The position numbers were made by a program, and so were the translations under genes. A model generated the notes under the pieces. It was not told the origin of the DNA. It searched no databases and was given only the letters and a program-made list of their open reading frames with translations. 64,000 nt of DNA from Eledone cirrhosa (taxonomy: Eukaryota): contig OZ024742.1 in the NCBI GenBank assembly GCA_964016885.1, positions 374,976,001-375,040,000 on the forward strand. The letters are read 5' to 3'. Shown here one piece after another: positions 1 to 14,500 of this stretch. Positions within the stretch are counted from its first letter, which is position 1. Every line of letters starts with the position of its first letter.

Positions 1-3000
1 TATGGTGACCTTACAGGTTGGTATTGGCATTGACAGTGTCTGGTGGCCTTACAGGGTGGTAGGGGCATTGACAGTGTCTGGTGACCTTACAGGGCGGCAA
101 GGGCATTGACAGTGTCTGGTGACCTTACAGGGTGGTAGGAGTATTGACAGTGTCTGGTGACCTTACAGGGTGGTAGGGGTATTGACAGTGTCTTGTAACC
201 TTACAGGGTGGTAGGTGTATTGACAGTGTATGGTGAGCTTACAGGGTGGTAGGGTCATTGACAGTGTGTGGTGACCTTACAGGGAGGTAGGGGCATCGAC
301 ATTTTCTGGTGACCTTACAGGGTGGTAGGGGCATTGACAGTGTCTGGTCACCTTACAGGGTGGTAGGAGTATTGACAGTGTATGGTGAGCTTACAGGGTG
401 GAAGGGGCATTGACAGTGTCTAGTGACCTTGAAGGGTGGTAGGGGCATTGACAGTCTCTGGGGACCTTACAGGGTGGTAGGGGTATTGACAGTGTCTGGT
501 GACCTTACAGGGTGGTAGGGGCATTGACATTTTCTGGTGACCTTACAGGGTGGTAGGGGTATTGACAGTATATGGTGACCTTACAGGGTGGTAGGGGTAT
601 TGACAGTGTTTGGTGACCTTACAGGCTGGTAGGGGTATTGACAGTGTCTGGTGACCTTACAGCCTGGTAGGGGTCTTGACAGTGTCTGGTGACCTTAGAG
701 GGTGGTAGGGGTATTGACAGTGTCTGGTGACCTTACAGGGTGGTCGGGTATTGACAGTGTATGGTGACCTTAAAGGGTGGTAGGGGCATTGACAGTGTCT
801 GGTGACCTTACAGGGTGGTAGGTGTGTTGACAGTGTCTGATGACCTTACAGGGTGGTAGGGGTATTGACAGTGTCTGGTGACCTTACAGGGTGGTAGGGG
901 TATTGACAGTGTATGGTGACCTTAAAGTTTGGTAGGGGCATTGACAGTGTATGGTGACCTTACAGGGTGGTAGGGGTATTGACAGTGTCTGATGACCTTA
1001 CAGCGTGGTAGGGGTATTGACAGTGTCTGATGACCTTACAGGGTGGTAGGGGTATTGACAGTGTCTGATGACCTTACAGGGTGGTAGGGGTATTGACAGT
1101 GTCTGGTGACCTTACAGGGTGGTAGGGGTATTGACAGTGTTTGGTGATCTTACAGGGTGGTAGGGGCATTGACAGTGTCTGGTGATCTTACAGGGTGGTA
1201 GGGGCATTGACAGTGTATGGTGACGCTACAGGGTGGTAGGGGTGTTGACGATGTCTGGTGAACTTACAGGGTGGTAGGGGTGTTGACAGTGTCTAGTGAC
1301 CTTAGAGGGTGGTAGGGGCATTGACAGTGTCTGGTGACCCTACAGGGTGGTAGGGGTATTGACAGTGTCTGGTGACCCTACAGGGTGGTAGGTGTACTGA
1401 CAGAGTCTGCTGACCTTACAGGGTGGTAGGGGTATTGACAGTGTATGGTGAAACTACATGGTGCTAGGGGCATTGACAGTGTATGGTCACCCTATAGGCT
1501 GGTAGGGGCATTGACAGTTTATGGTGACCTTACAGGGTGGTAGGGGCATTGACAGTGTATGGTGACACTACAGGGTGGTAGGGGCATTGACAGTGTATGG
1601 TGACCTTACAGGGTGGTAGGGGCATTGACAGTTTATGGTGACCTTAAAGGGTGGTAGGGGCATTGACAGTGTATGGTTACATTACAGGGTGGTAGGGGCA
1701 TTGACAGTGTATGGTGACCCTACAGGGTGGTAGGTGTATTGACAGTGTATGGTGAGCCTACAGGGTGGTAGGTGCATTGACAGTGTATGGTGACCTTACA
1801 GGGTGGTAGGGGTATTGGCAGTGTATGGTGAACCTACAGGGTGGTAGGGGCATTGACAGTATATGGTGACCTTACAGGGTGGTAGGGGTATTGACAGTGT
1901 CGGTGACCTTACAGGGTGGTAGGGGTATTGACAGTGTATGGTGACACTACAGGGTGGTAGGGGCATTGACAGTGTATGGTGACCTTACAGGGTGGTAGGG
2001 GCATTGACAGTTTATGGTGACCTTACAGGGTGGTAGGGGCATTGACAGTGTATGGTGACATTACAGGGTGGTAGGGGCATTGACAGTGTATGGTGACCCT
2101 ACAGGGTGGTAGGTGTATTGACAGTGTATGGTGAGCCTACAGGGTGGTAGGTGCATTGACAGTGTATGGTGACCTTACAGGGTGGTAGGGGTATTGACAG
2201 TGTCTGGTGACCTTAGAGGGTGGTAGGGGTATTGACAGTGTATGGTGACCTTACAGGGTGGTAGGGGCATTGACAGTGTCTGGTGACATTACAGGCTGGT
2301 AGGGGTCTTGACAGTGTCTGGTGACCTTACAGCGTGGTAGGGGTATTGACAGTGTCTGGTGACCCTACAGGGTGATAGGGGTTTTGATAGTGTATGGCGA
2401 CCCTACAGGGTGGTAGGGGCATTGACAGTGTAGGGTGATCCTACAGGGTCGTAGGGGCATTGACAGTGTATTGTGACCCTACAGGGTGGCAGGGGAATTG
2501 ACAGTGTATGGTGACACTAAAGGGTGGTAGGGGTATTGACAGTGTATGGTGACCTTACAGGGTGGTAGGGGCATTGACAGTGTATGGTGGCCCTACAGGG
2601 TGGTAGGTGAATTAACAGTGTATGGTGACCCTACAGGGTGGTAGGTGCATTGACAGTGTCTGCTGACCTTACAGGGTGGTGGTGGTGTTGACAGTGTCTG
2701 ATAACCTTACAGGGTGGTAGGTGTATTGACAGTGTCTGCTGACGTTACAGGGTGGTAGGGGCATTGACAGTGTCTGGTGACCTTACAGGGTGGTAGGGGC
2801 ATTGACAGTGTCTGGTGAAATTACAGGGTGGTAGGGGCATTGACAGTGTCTGGTCACCTTACAGGGTGGTAGGAGTATTGACAGTGTATGCTGAGCTTAC
2901 AGGGTGGAAGGGGCATTGACAGTGTCTAGTGACCTTGCAGGGTGGTAGGGGCATTGACAGTCTCTGGTGACCTTACACGGTGGTAGGGGTATTGACAGTG

Positions 3001-6000
3001 TCTGGTGACCTTACAGGGTGGTAGGGGCATTGACATTTTCTGGTGACATTACAGGGTGGTAGGGGCATTGACAGTGTGTGGTGACTCTACAGGGTGTTAG
3101 GGGCATTGAGAGTGTCTGGTCACTTTACAGGGTGGTAGGGGTATTGACAGTGTCTGGTGACCTTACAGGGTGGTAGGGGTATTGACAGTGTATGGTGACC
3201 TTACAGGGTGGTAGGGGTATTGACAGTGTCTGGTGACCTTACAGGCTGGTAGGGGTATTGACAGTGTCTGGTGACCTTAGAGCCAGGTAGGGGTCTTGAC
3301 AGTGTCTGGTGACCTTAGAGGGTGGTAGGGGTATTGACAGTGTCTGGTGACCTTACAGTGTGGTCGGGGTATTGACAGTGTATGGTGACCTTAAAGGGTG
3401 GTAGGGGCATTGACAGTGTCTGGTGACCTTACAGGGTGGTAGGTGTGTTGACAATGTCTGATGACCTTACAGGGTGGTAGGGGTATTGACAGTGTCTGGT
3501 GACGTTACAGGGTGGTAGGGGTATTGACAGTGTTTGGTGACCTTACAGGGTGGTAGGGGAATTGACAGTGTATGGTGACCTTACAGGGTGGTTGGGGCAT
3601 TGACAGTGTCTGGTGACCTTACAGGGTGGTAGGGGTATTGACAGTGTTTGGTGATCTTACAGGGTGGTAGGGGCATTGACAGTGTCTGTTGACCCTACAG
3701 GGTGGTTGCGGTATTGACAGTGTATGGTGAACTTACAGGGTGGTAGGGGTATTGACAGTCTATGGTGACCCTACAGAGTGGTAGGGGCATTGACAGTGTA
3801 TGGTGACCTTACAGGGTGGTAGGGGTATTGACAATGTATAGTGACCCTACAGAGTGGTAGGGGCATTGACAGTGTATGGTGAACCTACAGGGTGGTAGGA
3901 GTATTGACAGTGTATGGTGAGCCTACAGGGTGGTAGGTGCATTGACAGTGTATGGTGACCTTACAGGGTGGTAGGGTTATTGACAGTGTATGGTGAACCT
4001 GCGGGGTGGTAGGGGTATTGACAGTGTATGGTGATCCTGCAGGGTGGTAGGGGCATTGACATTGTATGGTGACCCTACAGGGCGGTAGGGGCATTGACAG
4101 TGTATGGTGACCTTACAGGGTGGTAGGGGCATTGACAGTTTCTGGTGACCTTACAGGTTGGTGGGGGTGTTGACAGTGTCTGGTGACTTGACAGGGTGGT
4201 AGGGGTATTGACAGTGTCTGGTGACCTTACAGGGTGGTAGGGGTATTGACAGTGTCTGGTGACCTTACAGGGTGGTAGTGGCATTGACAGTGTCTGGTGA
4301 CCTTACAGGGTGGTAGGGGTGTTGACGATGTCTGGTGAACTTACAGGGTGGTAGGGGTGCTGACAGTGTCTGGTGACCCGACAGGGTGATAGGGGTATTG
4401 ATAGTGTATGGCGACCCTACAGGGTGGTAGGGGCATTGACAGTGTATGGTGGCCCTACAGGGTGGTAGGGGTATTGACAGTGTATGGTGACCCTACAGGG
4501 TGGTAGGGGCATTGACAGTGTATGGTGAACTTACAGGGTGGTAGGGGTATTGACAGTGTATGGTGACCCTTCAGGGTGGTAGGGGTATTGACAGTGTATG
4601 GTGACCTTACAGGTTGGTAGGGGCATTGACAGTGTCTGGTGGCTTTACAGGGTGGTAAAGGCATTGACAGTGTCTGGTGACCTTACAGGGCGGTAAGGGC
4701 ATTGACAGTGTCTGGTGACCTTACAGGGTGGTAGGAGTATTGACAGTGTATGGTGAGCATACAGGGTGGTAGGGGCATTGACAGTGTGTGGTGACCTTAC
4801 AGGGTGGTAGGGGCATTGACAGTGTCTGGTGACCTTACAGGGTGGTAGGGGTATTGACAGTGTCTTGTGACCTTACAGGGTCGTAGGAGTATTGACAGTG
4901 TATGGTGAGCTTACAGGGTGTTAGGGGCATTGACAGTGTGTGGTGACCTTACAGGGAGGTAGGGGCATTGACATTTTCTCGTGACCTTACAGGGTGGTAG
5001 GGGTATTGACAGTGTATGGTGACCTTACAGGGTGGTAGGGGTATTGACAGTGTATGGTGAACTTACAGGGTGGTAGGAGTATTGACAGTATCTGGTGACC
5101 TTACAGGGTGGTAGGGGTATTGACAGTGTATGGTGACCCTACAGGGTGGTAGGGGCATTGACAGTGTATGGTGACCCTACAGGGTTGTAGGAGTATTGAC
5201 AGTGTATGGTGAGCCTACAGGGTGGTAGGTGCATTGACAGTGTATGGTGACCTTACAGGGTGGTAGGGGTATTGACAGTGTATGGTGAACCTGCGGGGTG
5301 GTAGGGGTATTGACAGTGTATGGTGACCCTACACGGTGGTAGGGGCATTGACAGTGGATGGTGGCCCTACAGGGTGGTAGGGGCATTGACAGTGTATGGT
5401 GACCTTACAGGGTGGTAGTGGTATTGACAGTGTATGGTGACCCTTCAGGGTGGTAGGGGTATTGACAGTGTATGGTGACCTTACAGGGTGGCAGGAGTAT
5501 TGACAGTGTCTGGTGACCTCTCAGGATGGTAGGGGTATTGACAGTGTCTGGTGACCTTACAGGGTGGTAGGGGTATTGACAGTGTATGGTGACCTTACAG
5601 GGTGGTAGGGGTATTGACAGTGTCTGGTGACCTTACAGGGTGGTAGGGGTATTGACAGTGTATGGTGACCTTACAGGGTGGTAGGGGTATTGACAGTGTC
5701 TGGTGACCTTACAGGCTGGTAGGGGTCTTGACAGTGTCTGGTGACCTTACAGCGTGGTAGGGGTATTGACAGTGTCTGGTGACCTTACAGGGTGGTAGGG
5801 TTATTGACAGTGTAGGGTGACCCTACAGGGTGGTAGGGGTATTGACAGTGTATGGTGACCTTACAGGGTGGTAGGGGTATTGACAGTGTCTGGTGACCTT
5901 ACAGGGTGGTAGGGGTGTTGACAGTGTCTGATGACCTTACAGGGTGGTAGGGGTATTGACAGTGTCTGGTGACCTTACAGGGTGGTAGGGGTATTGACAG

Positions 6001-6379
6001 TGTTTGGTGATCTTACAGGGTGGTAGGGGCATTGACAGTGTCTGTTGACCCTACAGGGTGGTAGGGGTATTGACAGTGTATGCTGACGTTACAGGGTGGT
6101 AGGGGTATTGACAGAGTATGGTGAACTTACAGGGTGGTAGGGGTATTGACAGTCTATGGTGACCCTACAGGGTGGTAGGGGCATTGACAGTGTATGGTGA
6201 CCTTACAGGGTAGTAGGGGTATTGACAGTGTCTGGTGGCGCTACAGGGCGGTAGGCGCATTGACAGTGTCTGGTGACCTTACAGGGTGGTAGGGGTATTG
6301 ACAGTGTCTGGTGAACTTACAGGATGATTGCGGCATTGACAGTGTCTGGTTATCCTACAGGGTGGTAGGGGTATTGACA

Positions 6380-9300
6380 GTGTCTGGTGGCGCTACAGGG
6401 CGGTAGGCGCATTGACAGTGTATGGTGGACCTACAGGGTGGTAGGGGTATTGACAGTGTATGGTGACCCTACAGGGTGGTAGGGGCATTGACAGTGTATG
6501 GTGATCTTACGGGGTGGTAGAGGTATTGACAGTGTATGGTGACCCTTCAGGGTGGTAGTGGTATTGACAGTGTATGGCGACCTTACAGGTTGGTAGGGGC
6601 ATTGACAGTGTCTGGTGACCTTACAGGGTGGTAGGGGTATTGACAGTGTATGGTGACCCTACAGGGTGGTAGGGGTATTGACAGTTTATGGTGACCTTAC
6701 AGGGTGGTAGGGGCATTTACGGTGTATGGTGACCTTACAGGGTGGTAGGCGCATTGACAATGTATGGTGACCCTACAGGGTGGTAGGAGTATTGACAGTG
6801 TATGGTGAGCCTACAGGGTGGTAGGTGCATTGACAGTGTATGGTGAACCTACAGGGTGGTAGGGGAATTGAAAGTGTATGGTGACCCGACAGGGTGGTAG
6901 GGGTATTGACAGTGTATGGTGACCCTACACGGTGGTAGGGGCATTGACAGTGTATGGTGGCCCTACAGGGTGGTAGGGGTATTGACAGTGTATGGTGACC
7001 CTACAGGGTGGTAGGGGAATTGACAGCGTATGGTGACCTTACAGGGAGGTAGGGGTATTGACAGTGTATGGTGACCCTTCAGGGTTGTAGGGGTATTGAC
7101 AGTGTATGGTGATCTTACAGGTAGGTAGGGGCATTGACAGTGTCTGGTGACCTTACAGGGTGGTAGGGGCATTGACAGTGTCTGGTGAGCTTACAGGGTG
7201 GTAGTGGCAATGACAGTGTCTGGTGACCGTACCGGGTGGTAGGAGTATTGACAGTGTCTGGTGACCTTACAGGGTGGTAGGAGTATTGACAGTGTATGGT
7301 GACCTTACAGGGTGGTAGGTGTATTGACAGTGTATGGTCACCCTACAGGGTGGTAGGTGCATTGACAGTGTATGGTGACCCTACAGGGTGGTAGGGGTAT
7401 TGACAGTGTCTGGTGACCTTACAGGGTGGTAGGGGTATTGACAGTGTCTGGTGACCTTACAGGGAGGTAGGGGCATTGACAGTGTCTGGTGATCTTACAG
7501 GGTGGTAGAGATGTTGACAGTGTCTGGTGACCTTACAGGGTGGTAGGGGTATTGACAGTGTATGGTGACCTTACAGGGTGGTAGGGGTATTGACAGTGTC
7601 TGGTGACCTTACAGGGTGGTAGGGGCATTGACAGTGTCTGGGGACCTTACAGGGTGGTAGGGGTATTGACAGTGTATGGTGACCTTACAGGGTGGTAGGG
7701 GTATTGACAGTGTCTGGTGACCTTACAGGGTGGTAGGGGCATTGACAGTGTCTGGGGACCTTACAGGGTGGTAGGGTTATTGACAGTGTATGGTGACCTT
7801 ACAGGGTGGTAGGGGTATTAACAGTGTCTGGTGACCTTACAGGGTGGTAGGGGTATTGACAGTGTCTGGTGACCTTACAGGGTGGTAGGGGTCTTGACAG
7901 TGTCTGGTGACCTTACAGGGTGGTAGGGGTATTAACAGTGTATGGTGACCTTACAGGCTGGTAGGGTTATTGACAGTGTCTGGTGACCTTACAGGCTGGT
8001 AGGGGTCTTGACAGTGTCTGGTGAACTTACAGGGTGGTAGGGGTATTGACAGTGTCTGGTGACCTTACAGGGTGGTAGGGGTATTGACAGTGTCTGGTGA
8101 CCTTACAGGGTGGTAGGGTCATTGACAGTGTCTGGGGACCTTACAGGGTGGTAGGGGCATTGACAGTGTCTGGTGACCTTACAGGGTGGTAGGGGCATAG
8201 ACAGTGTCTGGTGACCTTACAGGGTGGTAGGGGTATTGACAGTGTCTGGTGACCTTACAGGGTGGTAGGTGTATGGACAGTGTATGGTGATCTTACAGGG
8301 TGGTAGGGGTATTAACAGTGTCTGGTGACCTTACAGGGTGGTAGGGGTATTGACAGTGTCTGGTGACCTTACAGGGTGGTAGGGGTCTTGACAGTGTCTG
8401 GTGACCTTACAGGGTGGTAGGGGTATTAACAGTGTATGGTGACCTTACAGGCTGGTAGGGGTATTGACAGTGTCTGGTGACCTTACAGGCTGGTAGGGGT
8501 CTTGAGAGTGTCTGGTGACCTTACAGGGTGGTAGGGGCATTGACAGTGTCTGGTGACCTTACAGGGTGGTAGGGGCATTGACAGTGTCTGGTGACCTTAC
8601 AGGGTGGTAGGGGCATTGACAGTGTCTGGGGACCTTACAGGGTGGTAGGGGTATTGACAGTGTATGGTGACCTTACAGGGTGGTAGGGGTATTGACAGTG
8701 TCTGGTGACCTTACAGGGTGGTAGGGGCATTGACAGTGTCTGGGGATCTTACAGGGTGGTAGGGGTATTGACAGTGTATGGTGACCTTACAGGGTGGTAG
8801 GGGTATTGACAGTGTCTGGTGACCTTACAGGCTGGTAGGGGTCCTGACAGTGTCTGGTGACCTTACAGCGTGGTACGGGTATTGACAGTGTCTGGTGACC
8901 TTACAGGGTGGTAGGGGTATTGACAGTGTAGGGTGACCCTACAGGGTGGTAGGGGCATTGACAGTGTATGGTGACCCTACAGGGTGGTAGGGGCATTGAC
9001 AGTGTATCGTGACCTTACAGGGTGGTAGGGGTACTGAAAGTGTCTGGTGACCTTACAGGGTGGTAGGAGCATTGACAGTGTCTGGTGACCTTACAGGGTG
9101 GTAGGGGTGTTGACGATGTCTGGTGAACTTACAGGGTGGTAGGGGTGTTGACAGTGTCTGGTGACCTTACAGGGTGGTAGGGGCATTGACAGTATCTGGT
9201 GACCCTACAGGGTGGTAGGGTTATTGACAGTGTCTGGTGACCCTACAGGGCGGTAGGGGTATTGACAGAGTCTGGTGACCTTACAGGGTGGTAGGAGTAT

Positions 9301-11430
9301 TGACAGTGTCTGGTGACCTTACAGGCTGGTAGGGGTCTTGACAGTGTCTGTTAACCTTACAGCGTGGTAGGGATATTGACAGTGTCTGGGGAACTTATAG
9401 GGTGGTAGGGGTATTGACATTGTAGGGTGACCCTACAGGTTGGTAGGGGCATTGACAGTGTATGGTGAACCTACAGGGTGGTAGGGGAATTGACAGTGTA
9501 TGGTGACGTTACAGGGTGGTAGGGGCATTGACAGTGTCTGGTGACCTTACAGGGTGGTAGGGGCATTGACAGTGTATGGTGACCTTACAGGGTGATAGGG
9601 GTATTGACAGTGTCTGGTGACCTGACAGGCTGGTAGGGGTATTGACAGTGTCTGGTGACCTTACAGGCTGGTAGGGGTCTTGACAGTGTCTGTTGACCTT
9701 ACACGGTGGTAGGGTTATTGACAATGTCTGGTGACCTTACAGGGTGGTCGGGGTATTGACAGTGTATGGTGACCTTAAAGGGTGGTAGGGGCATTGACAG
9801 TGTCTGGTGACCTTACAGGGTGGTAAGGGTGTTGACAGTGTCTGATGACCTTACAGGGTGGTTGGGGTATTGACAGTGTCTGGTGACTTTACAGGGTGGT
9901 AGGCGTATTGACAGTGTTTGTTGACCTTACAGGGTGGTAAGGGCATTGACAGTGTATGGTGACCTTACAGGGTGGTAGGGGAATTGACAGTGTATGGTGA
10001 CCTTACAAGGTGGTTGGGGCATTGACAGTGTCTGTTGACCCTACAGGGTGGTAGGGGTATTGACAGTGTATGGTGACGTTACAGGGTGGTAGGGGTATTG
10101 ACAGTGTATGGTGAACTTACAGGGTGGTAGGGGTATTGACAGTCTATGGTGACCCTACAGGGTGGTAGGGGCATTGACAGTGTATGGTGACCTTACAGGG
10201 TAGTAGAGGTATTGACAATGTATGGTGACCCTACAGGGTGGTTGGGGCATTGACAGTGTATGGTGATCCTACAGGGTGGTAGGGGCATTGACAGTGTATG
10301 GTGACCCTACAGGGTGGTAGGGGCATTGACAGTGTATGGTGACCTTACAGGGTGGTAGGGGTGTTGACGATGTCTGTTGAACTTACAGGGTGGTAGGGGT
10401 ATTGACAGTATCTGGTGACCTTACAGGGTGGTAGGGCTATTGACAGTGTCTGGTGACCTTACAGGATGGTAGCGGCATTGACAGTGTCTGGTTACCCTAC
10501 ACGGTGGTAGGGGTATTGACAGTGTCTGGTGGCGCTACAGGGCGGTAGGCGCATTGACAGTGTATGGTGGCCCTACAGGGTGGTAGGGGTATTGACAGTG
10601 TATGGTGACCATACAGGGTGGTAGGGGCATTGACAGTGTATGGTGATCTTACGGGGTGGTAGAGGTATTGACATTGTATGGTGACCCTTCAGGGTGGTAG
10701 GGGTATTGACAGTGTATGGTGACCTTACATGTTGGTAGGGGCATTGACAGTGTCTGGTGGCCTTACAGGGTGGTAGGGGTATTGACAGTGTATGGTGAGC
10801 CTACAGGGTGGTAGGGGTATTGACAGTTTATGGCGACCTTACAGGCAGGTAGGGGTATTGACAGTGTATGGTGACCCTACAGGGTGGTAGGGGTATTGAC
10901 AGTTTATGGTGACCTTACAGGGTGGTAGGGGCATTTACGGTGTATGGTGACCTTACAGGGTGGTAGGCGCATTGACAATGTATGGTGACCCTACAGGGTG
11001 GTAGGAGTATTGACAGTGTATGGTGAGCCTGCAGGGTGGTAGGTGCATTGACAGTGTATGGTGACCCTACAGGGTGGTAGGGGAATTGAAAGTGTATGGT
11101 GACCCGACAGGGTGGTAGGGGTATTGACAGTGTATGGTGACCCTACACGGTGGTAGGGGCATTGACAGTGTATGGTGGCCCTACAGGGTGGTAGGGGTAT
11201 TGACAGTGTATGGTGACCCTACAGGGTGGTAGGGGAATTGACAGCGTATGGTGACCTTACAAGGTGGTAGGGGTATTGACAGTGTATGGTGACCCTTCAG
11301 GGTTGTAGGGGTATTGACAGTGTATGGTGATCTTACAGGTAGGTAGGGGCATTGACAGTGTCTGGTGACCTTACAGGGTGGTAGGGGCATTGACAGTGTC
11401 TGGTGACCTTACAGGGTGGTAGTGGCAATG
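6380..11430 (+). repeat. Higher-order duplication: ~6380-7215 repeated at ~10520-11430 (offset 4142 = 109 monomers, then 4218 = 111 monomers)
   Basis: Shared rare markers: GGCGCTACAGGGCGGTAGGCGC (6391/10533), GGGCATTTACGG (6714/10932) and GTAGTGGCAATG (7201/11419). The ORF-track peptides at 6963 and 11181 are identical. Confidence 0.9.
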
Positions 11431-11549
11431 ACAGTGTCTGGTGACGTTACAGGGTGGTAGGAGTATTGACAGTGTATGGTGAGCTTACAGGGTGGTAGGG
11501 GCATTGACAGTGCCTGGTGACCTTACAGGATGGTAGGGGCATTGACAGT

Positions 11550-14500
11550 GTCTGGTGACCTTACAGGGTGGTTGGGGTATTGACAGTGTCTTGTGACCTT
11601 ACAGGGTGGTAGGGGCATTGACATTTTCTGGTGACCTTACAGGGTGGTAGGGGTATTGACAGTGTATGGTGACCTTACAGGGTGGTAGGAGTATTGACAG
11701 TGTCTGGTGACCTTACAGGGTGGTAGGGGAATTAACAGTGTATGGTGACCTTACAGGGTGGTAGGTGTATTGACAGTGTATGGTCACCCTACAGGGTGGT
11801 AGGTGCATTGACAGTGTATGGTGACCCTACAGGGTGGTAGGGGTATTGACAGTGTCTGGTGACCTTACAGGGTGGTAGGGGTATTGACAGTGTCTGGTGA
11901 CCTTACAAGGAGATAGGGGCATTGACAGTGTCTGGTGACCTCACAGGGTGGTAGGGATGTTGACAGTGTCTGGTGACCTTACAGGGTGGTAGGGGTATTG
12001 ACAGTGTATGGTGAACTTACAGGGTGGTAGGGGTATTGACAGTGTCTGGTGACCTTACAGGCTGGTAGGTGTATTGACAGCGTCTGGTGACCTTACAGGC
12101 TGGTAGGGGTTCTGACAGTGTCTGGTGACCTTACAGCGTGGTAGGGGTATTGACAGTGTATCGTGATCTTACAGGGTGGTAGGGGTACTGAAAGTGTCTG
12201 GTGACCTTACAGGGTGGTAGGGGCATTGACAGTGTCTGGTGACCTTACAGGGTGGTAGGGGTGTTGACGATGTCTGGTGAACTTACAGGGTGGTAGGGGT
12301 GTTGACAGTGTCTGGTGACCTTACAGGCTGGTAGGGGTCTTGACAGTGTCTGGTGACCTTACAGGGTGGTAGGGTTATTGACAATGTCTGGTGACCTTAC
12401 AGGGTGGTCGGGGTATTGACAGTGTATGGTGATCTTAAAGGGTGGTAGGGTTATTGACAGTGTCTGGTGACCTTACAGGGTGGTAAGGGTGTTGACAGTG
12501 TCTGATGACCTTACAGGGTGGTAGGGGTATTGACAGTGTCTGGTGACTTTACAGGGTGGTAGGGGTATTGACAGTGTATGGTGAACTTACAGGGTGGTAG
12601 GGGTATTGACAGTCTATGGTGACCCTACAGGGTGGTAGGGGCATTGACAGTGTATGGTGACCTTACAGGGTGGTAGGGGTATTGACAATGTATGGTGACC
12701 CCACAGGGTGGTAGGGGAATTGACAGTGTATGGTGACCTTACAGGGTTTTTGGGGCATTGACAGTGTCTGTTGACCCTACAGGGTGGTAGGGGTATTGAC
12801 AGTGTATGGTGACATTACAGGGTGGTAGGGGTATTGACAGTGTATGGTGAACTTACAGGGTGGTAGGGGTATTGACAGTCTATGGTGACCCTACAGGGTG
12901 GTAGGGGCATTGACAGTGTATGGTGACCTTACAGGGTGGTAGGGGTATTGACGTTGTATGGTGACCCCACAGGGTGGTAGGGGCATTGACAGTGTATGGT
13001 GACCCTACAGGGTGGTAGGAGTATTGACAGTGTACGGTGAGCCTACAGGGTGGTAGGTGCATTGACAGTGTATGGTGACCTTACAGGGTGGTAGGGGTAT
13101 TGACAGTGTATGGTGACCTTACAGGGTGGTAGTGGTATTGACAGTGTCTGGTGACCTTACAGGCTGGTAGGGGTATTGACAGTGTCTGGTGACCTTACAG
13201 GCTGGTATGGGTCTTGACAGTGTCTGGTAACCTTACAGCGTGGTAGGGATATTGACAGTGTCTGGGGATCTTACAGGGTGGTAGGGGTATTGACAGTGTA
13301 GGGTGACCCTACAGGTTGGTAGGGGCATTGACAGTGTATGGTGACCCTACAGGGTGGTAGGGGAATTGACAGTGTATGGTGACCCTAAAGGGTGGTATGG
13401 GTATTGACAGTGTATGCTGACGTTACAGGGTGGTAGGGGCATTGACAGTGTCTGGTGACCTTACAGGGTGGTAGGGGCATTGACAGTGTATGGTGACCTT
13501 ACAGGGTGGTAGGGGTATTGACAGTGTCTGGTGACCTTACAGGGTGGTAGGGGTATTGACAGTGTCTGGTGTCCTGACAGGCTGGTAGGGGTATTGACAG
13601 TGTCTGGTGACCTTACAGGCTGGTAGGGGTCTTGACAGTGTCTGGTGGCCTTACAGGGTGGTAGGGTTATTGACAATGTCTGGTGACCTTACAGGGTGGT
13701 CGGGGTATTGACAGGGTATGGTGACCTTAAAGGGTGGTAGGGGCATTGACAGTGTCTGGTGACCTTACAGGTTGGTAAGGGTGTTGACAGTGTCTGATGA
13801 CCCTACAGGGTGGTAGCGGCATTGACAGTGTATGGTGACCCTACAGGGCGGTTGGCGCATTGACAGTGTATGGTGACATTACAGGGTGGTAGGGGTATTG
13901 ACAGTGTAGGGTGACCCTACAGGATGGTAGGGGCATTGACAGTGTATGGTGACCCTACAGGGTGGTAGGGGAATTGACAGTGTATGGTGACCCTAAAGGG
14001 TGCTAGGAGTATTGACAGTGTATGGTCACTTTACAGGGTGGTAGGGGCATTGACAGTGTATGGTGGCCCTACAGGGTGGTAGGGGTATTGACAGTGTATG
14101 GTGACCCTACAGGGTGGTAGGTTCATTGACAGTGTCTGGTGACCTTACAGGGTGGTTGGGGTATTGACAGTGTCTTGTGACCTTACAGGGTGGTAGGGGC
14201 ATTGACATTTTCTGGTGACCTTACAGGGTGGTAGGGGTATTGACAGTGTATGGTGACCTTACAGGGTGGTAGGAGTATTGACAGTGTCTGGTGACCTTAC
14301 AGGGTGGTAGGGGAATTGACAGTGTATGGTGACCTTACAGGGTGGTAGGTGTATTGACAGTGTATGGTCACCCTACAGGGTGGTAGGTGCATTGACAGTG
14401 TATGGTGACCCTACAGGGTGGTAGGGGTATTGACAGTGTCTGGTGACCTTACAGGCTGGTAGGTGTATTGACAGCGTCTGGTGACCTTACAGGCTGGTAG

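Noticed and set aside
836-1075. Hammerhead ribozyme core (CTGATGA variants), as in newt or schistosome satellites
   Set aside because: CTGATGA is only a sporadic G>A variant, and no appropriately placed GAAA or three-stem core is present.
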